Shown here: piece after piece, positions 28,322-36,352 of the stretch | Position numbering within the stretch: position 1 is the stretch's first letter | How the letters are laid out: each line of letters starts with the position of its first letter | Source: a virus | Strand: one strand, 5' to 3' | DNA length: 64,000 nucleotides | Virus record (IMG/VR): IMGVR_UViG_3300010398_001198 | Span: 58,664-122,663 of that record | Made by a program: the position numbers and the translations under genes | Notes under the pieces: generated by a model | Database searches by the model: none | The model's input: only the letters and a program-made list of their open reading frames with translations | Told to the model about the DNA's origin: nothing

Positions 28322-28834
28322 TCATCCCATCCCCTCGAGTCGCCCCGCCTTGAGGTCCTCCCGCAAGGCCATCCAGAGCTTGCCGAGCAGGTTCTGGCCA
28401 TCATGGTTCGGTCCCCATCCCCAGGTCGCGTCTCGCCAGGAGTCCTCGACGATCTCGCGGTCCCCCGTCTCCAGCAGCTTCCGCCGCACGTACTCATGCT
28501 GTCGGAGCTTGGCGATCAGGATGGCCCGCATCACGGCCATCCGTCGCTCGTGCCAGGTCGAGGCGACGAGTCCTGCATGGTCCTGCGCCACGCGAAACGC
28601 CGCATGCGCCGAGCGGGCGACCCGGATCTGGCATTGCAGATCACAGGACGCACAATAGATATGGCAGGCATCATCCACGCCAGGATGGCGGAATTTTTCA
28701 TAGTGATAGACATGCTCACTGGTATCAAAATCCAGCCCCCGCCAGTGCAGCCGAAAGGGCGCGAAGTTGGACAAACAGTAGAACTCGTCGGGGTAGAAAT
28801 ACACCCGGCTCTCGGTATCCAGTCGATAGGGCAT
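28322..28834 (-). CDS. NADAR (YbiA/DUF1768) family protein
   Basis: LSNF, SEH.Y...KF, M......K..Q, LLETG...IVE....D..WG....GQNLLGKL.M.LR. Confidence 0.92.
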   Translation of the reverse strand: MPYRLDTESRVYFYPDEFYCLSNFAPFRLHWRGLDFDTSEHVYHYEKFRHPGVDDACHIYCASCDLQCQIRVARSAHAAFRVAQDHAGLVASTWHERRMAVMRAILIAKLRQHEYVRRKLLETGDREIVEDSWRDATWGWGPNHDGQNLLGKLWMALREDLKAGRLEGMG

Positions 28835-28864
28835 AAGTCTCCTTTCCTTCTCTGTCAGTCTGTG

Positions 28865-29054
28865 CTAGAGGGCCGCACAGCCGTCCTCGTGCCGCTGGGC
28901 CAACTCCTGCACGCGCCGCATCTCGCGGGGCCGGACCCAGGCTTCCAGGGCCGCCATCAGCTCCAGCGCCCCCTGCACCGTCAGGGTTGTGGTGGGTTGC
29001 TGCTCCGCAATGGTCAGGCGCAGCCGCTCCCCCACCGATCTCTACAGGGTCCAT
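28865..29054 (-). pseudogene. Small ORF with apparent +1 frameshift
   Basis: MDPVEI joins VGERLRLTIAEQQ...AL* only after removing one G; span 190 nt = 3n+1. Confidence 0.35.
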
Positions 29055-29099
29055 CCTCGCCTGCTTTCTAGGGGGCCGCGTAGGCAGCCCCGGGTGCGC

Positions 29100-29319
29100 C
29101 TACCACGTCTCCGGACGCGAGGGGAGGGCCGTGGTCGGATAGGTGATCACGCCGGCATCCAAGAGATGCTGCGTGTAGGCAGCTCCCGCAGCCCGCAGCT
29201 GCGCCAGCGCCTCCGCAAACCGCACCCCCGGTGCGGGCGGGGCCGTCCTGGATCTCGTAGTAGTGTGCGGCAAGCTGCCGGGCAACCGCACACCGCGCCT
29301 CGGCTGTGCAACAGGACAT
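29100..29319 (-). pseudogene. Small ORF with apparent +1 frameshift in a G run
   Basis: MSCC...GPART joins GVRFAEALAQL...ETW* after removing one G from GGGGG; span 220 nt = 3n+1. Confidence 0.35.
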
Positions 29320-29360
29320 AGCGTCTCTCCTTCTCGGGGGCCGCTCGGCAGCCCCGGTTC

Positions 29361-29549
29361 TTAGCTCCCCCAGGTCAGGAGCCAGCTTCCTGGGACATGG
29401 TGGGGGTCATCTGCCGCGGCACAGGCCGGGCAGAGCGCCCCCGTCGCCGCCTGGGGGTCGTCCACGAGATACTGGTCGTCCACAACGGCATCGTCGGTGT
29501 GCCTATCGCACCGATCACAGGTCATCGGTCCTATCGCTCTCAGTTCCAT
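29361..29549 (-). CDS. Small Zn-finger-like protein
   Basis: CDRC...LCPAC; RBS AGGAG. Confidence 0.55.
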   Translation of the reverse strand: MELRAIGPMTCDRCDRHTDDAVVDDQYLVDDPQAATGALCPACAAADDPHHVPGSWLLTWGS

Positions 29550-29623
29550 CGTCGTCTCCTTCTGGGGCCTCAGAGGCCCCTCTGGGGATCATACGTGTGC
29601 CGCCGACACCATGTCAGCAGCGC

Positions 29624-30025
29624 TCAGGCACGCTCCAGCACAAACCGCAGGTCCTCTGCGCTGACACGGGACCAGCCGTCGGTGGCACGATACCCACGCT
29701 CCTGGAGGACATAGCCGACGGCAAAGCGCGGGGGCTCCTGCCGCTCATTGATGCGGATCACCTGCCAATCCGAGCCATCCTCCCAGGCGGCCAGAGCCGC
29801 CTGGGGGTCTGTGGTTTCGTACGGCGGACCAAGAGGCTTGCCATACGTCACATCCTCAATGCATACGAGGTCATATTTCCCGCGAAAGGTTGCCCCACAG
29901 GTGCGGCACTCAAACTCCAGATGCGTATAGCACCAGGGGTGGTCATCCTCCAGGGTTGCCTCACACCGGTGGCTCTGACAGATGGGACAGATGGGGCACA
30001 AGATCGTCGGATGGGGTCTTGCCAT
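29624..30025 (-). CDS. Hypothetical Zn-binding protein
   Basis: CPIC...CRTC, RBS AAGGAG. Confidence 0.55.
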   Translation of the reverse strand: MARPHPTILCPICPICQSHRCEATLEDDHPWCYTHLEFECRTCGATFRGKYDLVCIEDVTYGKPLGPPYETTDPQAALAAWEDGSDWQVIRINERQEPPRFAVGYVLQERGYRATDGWSRVSAEDLRFVLERA

Positions 30026-30050
30026 ACTGTGGCTCCTTCCTCTGGGCAGC

Positions 30051-30299
30051 CTACGCCACCCCCTGTGTGTCCACATTGTGCCGCCGACACCACGTCAGCA
30101 GCATCGCTTCGTAGGCCCACGCGCCCGAGCGCCGGCCATGGTGCCAGCCGCCGCACGCGGTACACTCGTACACCTCCAACGTCAGGGGAATCCCCCCAGG
30201 CCAGCCCGCGTCAAGCGCCGCCTGCGCCTCGGCCTCAGTCTGGTACTGAGCCTTGCGGCCACAACTCACGCGGTGGCGGGGTCGGGAGGGCGTCTGCAT
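30051..30299 (-). CDS. Phage-type small protein
   Basis: C..K..Y...EA...VYECTACGGWH motif common in phage early genes. Confidence 0.6.
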   Translation of the reverse strand: MQTPSRPRHRVSCGRKAQYQTEAEAQAALDAGWPGGIPLTLEVYECTACGGWHHGRRSGAWAYEAMLLTWCRRHNVDTQGVA

Positions 30300-30313
30300 C
30301 GTCGTGCCCTCCC

Positions 30314-31165
30314 TTATTCGATCTCTTCCACCGTGAGCATGTCGATGTTCAAGGCCCTTCGCAAGGCCCGTCCCGTCGCCCGCGTGGCCGCGATGCGAAT
30401 GAAGTGTTGTTTCATGGGGGCTGCCTGGACATTGGCCGGCGTCGCATCCCCGATATCCGTAAAGCTCCGGCCATCGCCGAACCGCGCAACGCATTGGCAC
30501 ACGGCGACCTCTGGCGTCACTGTGACAATCGTAGTCGCCAGGTCGACCAGACCGCGCTCATGGGCCAACGCCACGAGACCGTTCACGTACACGTAGTACT
30601 TCCCCTGAATAAGCCGCACATACTGCTTGGGTACGTCGGCGAGCCGGAGCGGCGACGGGTCAGCGGCGGTCTCCTCTTCGGGAGGGCCGTCCTGCGCCGA
30701 TGGTATCTCCGCGACGGGGGGGGCAGAGACCTCTACCCCCTGCTCCAGTCGCTCCAATTCCGCTGACAGATCCTTCGGGGGCATCTGCAACTGCTCCGGC
30801 GTGAGATGGGAGGCCCGGTGCGCCAGGACCACGGCAATCCGGTGCTTGCACAACCCGAGAGGCGCCTGGTGCTGCTGAAAATCCTCACACTCACAGGTTT
30901 TCCCTTGAACTTGGTAGCACCCGCTGCCGGTCTCGGATGCCACCTCATAGACGCCATCACCCTTGTAGACCACTTTGCTGCGATCGAGGGCGAGTGCCGT
31001 GGCCGGTGAGATGCGTGAGGTCAGCGCCTTGTCCGTACTGCGGAGGGAGGCCACCGCCGAGGAAAGGCGCACAGCCTTCTTCCAGAGTGCGTCATCAAAC
31101 GCGACGGTCCCCTGGCCTTCACGGGGAGCTTGGGTCGTGCCATTCGTCTGTGTTACACTTGCCAT
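30314..31165 (-). CDS. SWIM zinc finger fused to Rad52/Sak-like single-strand annealing domain
   Basis: CECEDF...LCKHRIAV (SWIM); IQGK.YV..NGL..LAH...F.D.GDATP....IRIAATRA.GRALR. Confidence 0.65.
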   Translation of the reverse strand: MASVTQTNGTTQAPREGQGTVAFDDALWKKAVRLSSAVASLRSTDKALTSRISPATALALDRSKVVYKGDGVYEVASETGSGCYQVQGKTCECEDFQQHQAPLGLCKHRIAVVLAHRASHLTPEQLQMPPKDLSAELERLEQGVEVSAPPVAEIPSAQDGPPEEETAADPSPLRLADVPKQYVRLIQGKYYVYVNGLVALAHERGLVDLATTIVTVTPEVAVCQCVARFGDGRSFTDIGDATPANVQAAPMKQHFIRIAATRATGRALRRALNIDMLTVEEIE

Positions 31166-31202
31166 TGCATGACTCCTTCTCGGTCAGTTGGATAATGCAT
31201 CA

Positions 31203-31235
31203 CCCCCCTGTCAGGGTGACGTCCTAACAGGGGGG
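31203..31235. terminator. Intergenic stem-loop
   Basis: CCCCCCTGT...ACAGGGGGG. Confidence 0.4.
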
Positions 31236-31243
31236 CTCTCTAT

Positions 31244-31573
31244 TTAGGCTCTGCCGTCTGCCCCGCAGACAGCGCAATACTGCTGCTCGTTCCACGCGTG
31301 GACGTGCGCCGCCATGGCCCGTACCTCCTCTTGGGCTTGGCGCAAGACGCTGCTGACGGTATCGAGTTCCGTCAGCGTCCCCTCATACGCCGTGGGGCCA
31401 CCGTCGCCGTGGAGCGTCGTCATCTCCTGGATGGCCGCGGTTTCGCGGGCCAGTTGGACGGCCAGGTGACTGCCGCGTAGCGAGGCGATCTCCAGCCACT
31501 GGAGGGCCGTGAGTTCGCCCTGGCGAAAGACGCGATAGCCGTTGTGATCGGTGATCTGTACTCGTATCTGCAT
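31244..31573 (-). CDS. Hypothetical protein
   Basis: RBS AGGAG, C-terminal CxxC. Confidence 0.6.
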   Translation of the reverse strand: MQIRVQITDHNGYRVFRQGELTALQWLEIASLRGSHLAVQLARETAAIQEMTTLHGDGGPTAYEGTLTELDTVSSVLRQAQEEVRAMAAHVHAWNEQQYCAVCGADGRA

Positions 31574-31585
31574 CGTCTGTCTCCT

Positions 31586-31735
31586 CTATGCTATCGTTGT
31601 AATCGTATACCCCTGGTCGCGGAGTATCCGCAGCCACGCCTCGGGCACCGTCCCCACCACGCGCAGGACCTGCCCCTCCTCGACCCACCGCAGCACCGTC
31701 TCGGTCGCGGTCCGCTGCATCGTGATGATCTTCAT
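31586..31735 (-). CDS. Small hypothetical protein
   Basis: 49 aa, coupled. Confidence 0.45.
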   Translation of the reverse strand: MKIITMQRTATETVLRWVEEGQVLRVVGTVPEAWLRILRDQGYTITTIA

Positions 31736-31929
31736 ACGCCACCGTCCCGGCGCCCCAGCGCCAGCAGCACGCGCCGCTGTTGCTCCGGGTTGCCGTCGAG
31801 TCCAAACGTCTGCCAGGTCCACACCCGCCCGGCTTCGCCGTAGCGCACAATCGCCTCCGCCACATGCTGGGCGCGTTGCACCGCGGTGCGGATGCGCTGA
31901 GGCCCGTAGGCTTTTCTGCCGAACTTCAT
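31732..31929 (-). CDS. Small hypothetical protein
   Basis: 65 aa, RBS AAGG. Confidence 0.5.
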   Translation of the reverse strand: MKFGRKAYGPQRIRTAVQRAQHVAEAIVRYGEAGRVWTWQTFGLDGNPEQQRRVLLALGRRDGGV

Positions 31930-32021
31930 GCTATACTTCCTTTCGTTGGTGATGCTTTGCGAGTCATCCGACACACGGTCCGCAGATAGGCCTCACCCTC
32001 CTGCGGACCACCTTCTCCATG

Positions 32022-32306
32022 TTAGTCCTCGTTCTCGTCCTCTGCGTCCTCCTTCCGTTGCCGTGGGCGCAGCAAGAGCCGCGCCGCGTTCAGTTTCGTG
32101 ATCCATCCCTGCACCACCTGCCCCGTCGCGACGCCCAGGCCCCCGGCATACAGCGCCTCGTGCATCGAGGCGACCACGTCGGTGAGCAGCGTCCAGGGGT
32201 CCGACGGCACCGTGGGGGACCGACTGAGACAGCAGGCTGGGCACTCGTCCCAGCCGAGCTGGTGGTACACGTCGCACATATCACAGGGCTCGTCCGCCAT
32301 CCGCAT
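32022..32306 (-). CDS. Hypothetical Cys-motif protein
   Basis: CDMC...CPACC. Confidence 0.5.
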   Translation of the reverse strand: MRMADEPCDMCDVYHQLGWDECPACCLSRSPTVPSDPWTLLTDVVASMHEALYAGGLGVATGQVVQGWITKLNAARLLLRPRQRKEDAEDENED

Positions 32307-32331
32307 CTTCTCTGGGCGGCGCGTGGCCGCC

Positions 32332-32688
32332 TTAGGCTTTCTTGATCGTCAGAATCTCGACGAGGGGCTCGCCGTCCGAGCCCCAGCCGACAATGCGCCC
32401 CGTTCCGAGGTACAGCGGGCGCTCCGCAATCCCATACCACCAGCCGGTATACTGCGTGTCCCCGTCCACGATCTCATACACCGACACCCCCGCCTCGCCG
32501 GTCTGCTCGCGGTGGTTGCGGCTGCATCCCCCTGCCGGCGGGGCACCATGCCGGGCAAAGCGAATCACCTCGCCCAGCCGCGCCATCCGACAGGCATGGC
32601 ACGGATCGCTACAGGGGACGTCGTCTCCCCGGCCCCACGGGGCATACACGCTCGTGTGGCCACAGGCATGGCGGTAATATTGGGCCAT
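32332..32688 (-). CDS. Phage-type hypothetical protein
   Basis: R.G.PP.GG.S.N..E...E.GVSVY motif; RBS AGGAG. Confidence 0.6.
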   Translation of the reverse strand: MAQYYRHACGHTSVYAPWGRGDDVPCSDPCHACRMARLGEVIRFARHGAPPAGGCSRNHREQTGEAGVSVYEIVDGDTQYTGWWYGIAERPLYLGTGRIVGWGSDGEPLVEILTIKKA

Positions 32689-32901
32689 CGTTCGTCTCCT
32701 CTGGGATGGCTTACGCCGCCACCCGCGGTCGTGTGTTACTCGCCGCCATTGAGATAATGCACCCGCGCCGCGGCCGCGTCGGGGGAGTCATGATCACTGT
32801 CCGCATGCCACTGGCCCTGCGGATCGTAAAAGCCCACCGTCCACAGCCGGGGCTCGCTTTTGACGTACACCCAACAGATGCTCATCCTCGTCTCCCTCCC
32901 C

Positions 32902-33033
32902 CTAATGGGTACGTTGAATCAAGTCGGTGATCCGTTCGAGTGCCTTGATCACCAGGACCACCTCCAGGCCCACGCCCAACGTCATCAGGCCCAGCGTGAG
33001 CCCGACGACGGCCAACAGCACGCGATCCGCCAT
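32902..33033 (-). CDS. Small single-TM protein
   Basis: 43 aa, RBS GAGGAG. Confidence 0.5.
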   Translation of the reverse strand: MADRVLLAVVGLTLGLMTLGVGLEVVLVIKALERITDLIQRTH

Positions 33034-33121
33034 AGGTTCTCCTCGTGCCCCCGCCTCACCCTGTCTGGCATTGCTAGCCGTGTGCCGGGTGCATGCCTGA
33101 GAGTGGGCGGGGTGGTGTGTG

Positions 33122-33337
33122 CTAGGACCGCAAATAGGCGAGGTCCTTCTCATACTTCAGGTGATGGGCTTCCTGTTCGGTCAGCCCCAGAAACTCCCCG
33201 GGTTCAAAGTGAATCTCATCGGGATAGAAGCTGAACAACTCCTTCTCAGTGCCATCCTCCAGGGTAATGTGCACCACCGGCAGCGGCATGAAGCTACTGG
33301 CCGGGTTGGTCGTGATACGAGCGCCAACGATTTTCAT
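33122..33337 (-). CDS. Phage-type conserved hypothetical protein
   Basis: LFSFYPDEI.F...EF.GLT..EA..L...KD..YL. Confidence 0.65.
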   Translation of the reverse strand: MKIVGARITTNPASSFMPLPVVHITLEDGTEKELFSFYPDEIHFEPGEFLGLTEQEAHHLKYEKDLAYLRS

Positions 33338-33359
33338 GCGTCTTCCTTCTTTGTCAGTG

Positions 33360-33580
33360 TGCCTTGGGCCGGAATTGCACCGGCTCGCGTGGATTGTGGG
33401 TGCCTCCCTCTGCTGGGACCATCTTGGCCGTCTCCCTGCCGTACTGTTACGGTGCGCACCGCGTACGGGGCTACCCTCTCGAAGGGCTGCTTGTCGCTTA
33501 CGGGTCACGGGGGTGGGTTGCAGGTCCAGGCGCCACCACGCTGGCGAATCCATGCGTGTCACTGTCCACGCCGCCAGGGC
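33360..33580 (-). ncRNA. tRNA-like structured RNA with a 151-nt insertion in place of the anticodon loop
   Basis: Acceptor GCCCTGG/CCAAGGC+A, D-arm GCGTG-GACAGTGA-CACGC, stem TGGATT/AATCCA, 5-nt variable linker, T-arm GCCGG-TGCAATT-CCGGC; fills an intergenic gap. Confidence 0.7.
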
Positions 33581-33587
33581 ACGAGTC

Positions 33588-33782
33588 TTAGGATTGTGTC
33601 TTGGCCTTCAAACGTCCAACCATAACCCGAACGCCAAAGCGCTGGCCGCAGCCGCCACACGCGGCGCGGCGCTGGTTCTGGTGAAAGATAATCCTGCCAC
33701 CACAGACGCACGTATAGATGACCTGAAAGCCATCACCAAGGTGCACCTGAACATGCCCGGTGTGGGCCGTTGTCGTTGCCAT
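33588..33782 (-). CDS. Small Zn-ribbon protein
   Basis: CVCG...CGGCG. Confidence 0.5.
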   Translation of the reverse strand: MATTTAHTGHVQVHLGDGFQVIYTCVCGGRIIFHQNQRRAACGGCGQRFGVRVMVGRLKAKTQS

Positions 33783-33979
33783 TGGTATTTCGCCCCTTGC
33801 TTTGGGGTTGACCCTCTCAGACTGGAGAGGGCTCATCAGTGCTCCAGCATTAGGAGCAGATACCAGACTCTCTTGAGCTGTCCCGCCTCGGCTCTGCGTG
33901 TCTGGCAAGTCCCCTTGTCAGCCCGCACCGTCCAAGGGTTGGCGGCGCCACCTGCGTGTGCAGTCGCTATATGCCTACT

Positions 33980-34008
33980 ATTATAAGCCTCTCTTGTATA
34001 CTTTTCAA
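33980..34008 (-). promoter_or_regulatory. Strong leftward sigma70 promoter
   Basis: TTGAAA-17 bp-TATAAT. Confidence 0.75.
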
Positions 34009-34016
34009 TATAAAAA

Positions 34017-34032
34017 TACACTATTTAGTGTA
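34017..34032. promoter_or_regulatory. Palindromic operator between divergent promoters
   Basis: TACACTA-TT-TAGTGTA. Confidence 0.6.
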
Positions 34033-34045
34033 AAATACTCGCATA

Positions 34046-34074
34046 TTGCAGAAAATTCCTTGATTGGCTATACT
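34046..34074 (+). promoter_or_regulatory. Rightward promoter for XRE gene
   Basis: TTGCAG-17 bp-TATACT. Confidence 0.7.
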
Positions 34075-34094
34075 TGCGAGAGAAAGGGGGGACT

Positions 34095-34340
34095 ATGATC
34101 CATTGTGGACAGCGCTTGCTGCTCGCACGGCGGACCCGCAAGCTCACGCAGACGGCCCTTGCCAAGCAGGTGGGGCTCAATCTCAATACGATTTCGCGGG
34201 CTGAGCGGAGCCCAGTGGCGACGCTGAGCGGTTACTATATTGCCCGGCTGGCGCAGACGCTCGATGTGAGCGCCGACTACCTCTTAGGGCTCGACGAGGC
34301 GGCCACGCCACAGCTCGCGGCCAGTGTTGCCAGAGAGTGA
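34095..34340 (+). CDS. XRE-family HTH repressor
   Basis: LTQTALAKQVGLNLNTISRAE...LAQTLDVSADYLLG. Confidence 0.9.
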   Translation: MIHCGQRLLLARRTRKLTQTALAKQVGLNLNTISRAERSPVATLSGYYIARLAQTLDVSADYLLGLDEAATPQLAASVARE

Positions 34341-34457
34341 CGGCAACCGCTTTGCGGCCCCTCGCTCGCCGTGGGACCAGGCCGCTCGCCTTCAGCGCGG
34401 AGCGGCCCCTCGTGACCTCCGTCCGTAGATTGAACCTAGGATGAACCCAGGATGGAC

Positions 34458-34820
34458 CTAGAGCAGGGCCAGTTGGGTATTGACCTGGTAACTGCGCGGC
34501 ACGTACTCCTGCCGTGTCGCTTCATCCCAGACTGCCCACGTATAGAACCACCGGCCACCTTCCCGCTGCGACACCGTATGATATGTGGCGTTGCCGTGGC
34601 CATGGCGCGAGGGCGTGGTGCCCACCGGATAGCCCACGAGGTGGTAATGCACCGGGCCTGGTGGTGGCGGGTGCTCCTGCCCCATGTAGTTCAGCCGGTC
34701 AGTATACGCAGAACACGTACACGGCCCCAGGACGCGGGTCACGCGCAGGCCCTCGGGGTAGCAGGGATCGGGGCCGTAGTGGGCCGTGCGGACGTCGAGA
34801 ATATCGCCTTCGCGCAGCAT
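34458..34820 (-). CDS. Hypothetical protein
   Basis: 120 aa, RBS AAGGAG. Confidence 0.55.
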   Translation of the reverse strand: MLREGDILDVRTAHYGPDPCYPEGLRVTRVLGPCTCSAYTDRLNYMGQEHPPPPGPVHYHLVGYPVGTTPSRHGHGNATYHTVSQREGGRWFYTWAVWDEATRQEYVPRSYQVNTQLALL

Positions 34821-34833
34821 CAGGATCTCCTTC

Positions 34834-35025
34834 TTACGCAGGGTGACAGTCGCGGGTAAGCCGGCCAAAGGCGCAACACACCTTACAGAGCACCTGCTGC
34901 CCATTGATGACGTAGACTTCCTGCCAACACCCGGGCCGACAGCCCCAAAACTCCTGGGCCAGGACCGGTCCCAGGCCGAGGGTGAGGGTGAGGGCGAGGG
35001 CGATCACGAGGCGTTTCCAGAACAT
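34834..35025 (-). CDS. Small secreted Cys-rich peptide
   Basis: Signal peptide MFWKRLVIALALTLTLGLGPVLA + 40-aa mature part with 6 Cys; RBS AAAGGAG. Confidence 0.65.
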   Translation of the reverse strand: MFWKRLVIALALTLTLGLGPVLAQEFWGCRPGCWQEVYVINGQQVLCKVCCAFGRLTRDCHPA

Positions 35026-35038
35026 ACGGGGTCTCCTT

Positions 35039-35272
35039 TCAGCGCGTGTGGGCGTCGTCGGTTGGGACCTGCATGCCGTCGCGGGCCATCTCCCGCAGCA
35101 GCAGTTGTATGTCGCGGGCGAGCCGCCGCGCATGCTTGGGACAGAGGGCGAGCAGCAGGCCTTGGGGGCCAAGGACCTCGACGTGGTGGCCCCAAGACGC
35201 ACAGGCGCCAGCGGGATAATCAGCCCCGCAGCGCACGACGTTGGTAGAGCGATGGACGATGATGGCAGACAT
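35039..35272 (-). CDS. Hypothetical protein (LCPKH motif)
   Basis: RBS AAAGGAG. Confidence 0.55.
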   Translation of the reverse strand: MSAIIVHRSTNVVRCGADYPAGACASWGHHVEVLGPQGLLLALCPKHARRLARDIQLLLREMARDGMQVPTDDAHTR

Positions 35273-35284
35273 ACGGGGCTCCTT

Positions 35285-36082
35285 TCAGCGGGTGTGGGGG
35301 CCTTTGGCGAAATTGTCATTGCGCCGCTGCCGCAAACAATATGCGCATTGCGTATATCCTGGAGGAACATGAGCTGTCAGCGTACACCTGGTGCCCATGG
35401 TCATCACCTCGTGCGTACGAGCTGTGACCCGCAAGGTCACGGTGCCACAATGGGTCATCCAGCCGTAGCGCCACTGATAATGCGGGTATCCGCTCGGTGC
35501 CTGCGCAACATCCTGGCCCTCGTCAATCACATAGCTACGGAAACTATGGACCATGGTCGAGGGCAAGACGTTGGCATAGACTGATGGTGGATCGACGAGA
35601 GCGATCTTGTCTTTCGGGTCAACGCGGACGAGGCGCTGCCGCAGCAAGAAGTCGAGGGCATAGTGCTTCTGCATCCATATCCCTATGGGTGCTCCTAAGA
35701 CCAGGAAGCACGGCATAGGGGGCTGCGGACGAGTCGGTATCGGCAGCGCTTGGGGAGCAGGCGTCTCGGTGGGGACGGCCACAAGCATCTCCGCAAACTG
35801 CGGCGTTGCCTCTCGCACGAGGGCGGTGAGCCGCACCGTATCCATCGGCACTGCGAACCATTCTCCACGAATACGATGGGCCGCCAGTAACGCATGGACC
35901 CGTTTTTCAATCTGGCGCAGATAGGCAGGCACATAGACGCTTGCCAGGATACCTAAGCGCGAGGGATATCCTGTCTGTAAGGCTTGCAAGCGTTCCTCGA
36001 CTGTCGTTGACGTGCTGCCAATTTTCACCGCTGTTTCGCCCTGCACGCCAATGGCATAAATGAAACCACCTTGGATCATCAT
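35285..36082 (-). CDS. T5orf172/GIY-YIG-like domain protein with unknown C-terminal domain
   Basis: GFIYAI...VKIGST...EERLQALQTG...EK.VH..L...RIRGEWF. Confidence 0.8.
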   Translation of the reverse strand: MMIQGGFIYAIGVQGETAVKIGSTSTTVEERLQALQTGYPSRLGILASVYVPAYLRQIEKRVHALLAAHRIRGEWFAVPMDTVRLTALVREATPQFAEMLVAVPTETPAPQALPIPTRPQPPMPCFLVLGAPIGIWMQKHYALDFLLRQRLVRVDPKDKIALVDPPSVYANVLPSTMVHSFRSYVIDEGQDVAQAPSGYPHYQWRYGWMTHCGTVTLRVTARTHEVMTMGTRCTLTAHVPPGYTQCAYCLRQRRNDNFAKGPHTR

Positions 36083-36112
36083 GTCTCCCTTCGCTTCCCC
36101 GGGTCAGAGGGC

Positions 36113-36352
36113 AAGTGTCTAAAGTGTCTAAGAGACTCTAGGGGCTTATTAGACACTTGAGATTTGCATTATCAATAGGTTAGATACTTTTAGATAGTTG
36201 TGCGGGACAATTCCCATATGTGCACCCGAATATATAGGACAGACGTGCGCGTCTTTCGCATGCGCGCATAAGGCAATTAACCGTGGAAACTGTCTAACTC
36301 TGTCTAAGTGTCTAACCAACTCTCTATGGTTTATCATGAACTCTCTTAGATA
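36113..36352. other. Putative replication origin (iterons around an AT-richer core) at the 3' end of the primase-helicase
   Basis: Nine T(G/A)TCTAA/TTAGA(C/T)A copies at 36116, 36125, 36149, 36180, 36190, 36291, 36301, 36309, 36346. Confidence 0.65.

Noticed and set aside
33360-33580. tmRNA or group I intron-containing tRNA
   Set aside because: No G3.U70 pair, no tag frame recognised, and too short. The 151-nt insert lacks group I core motifs.
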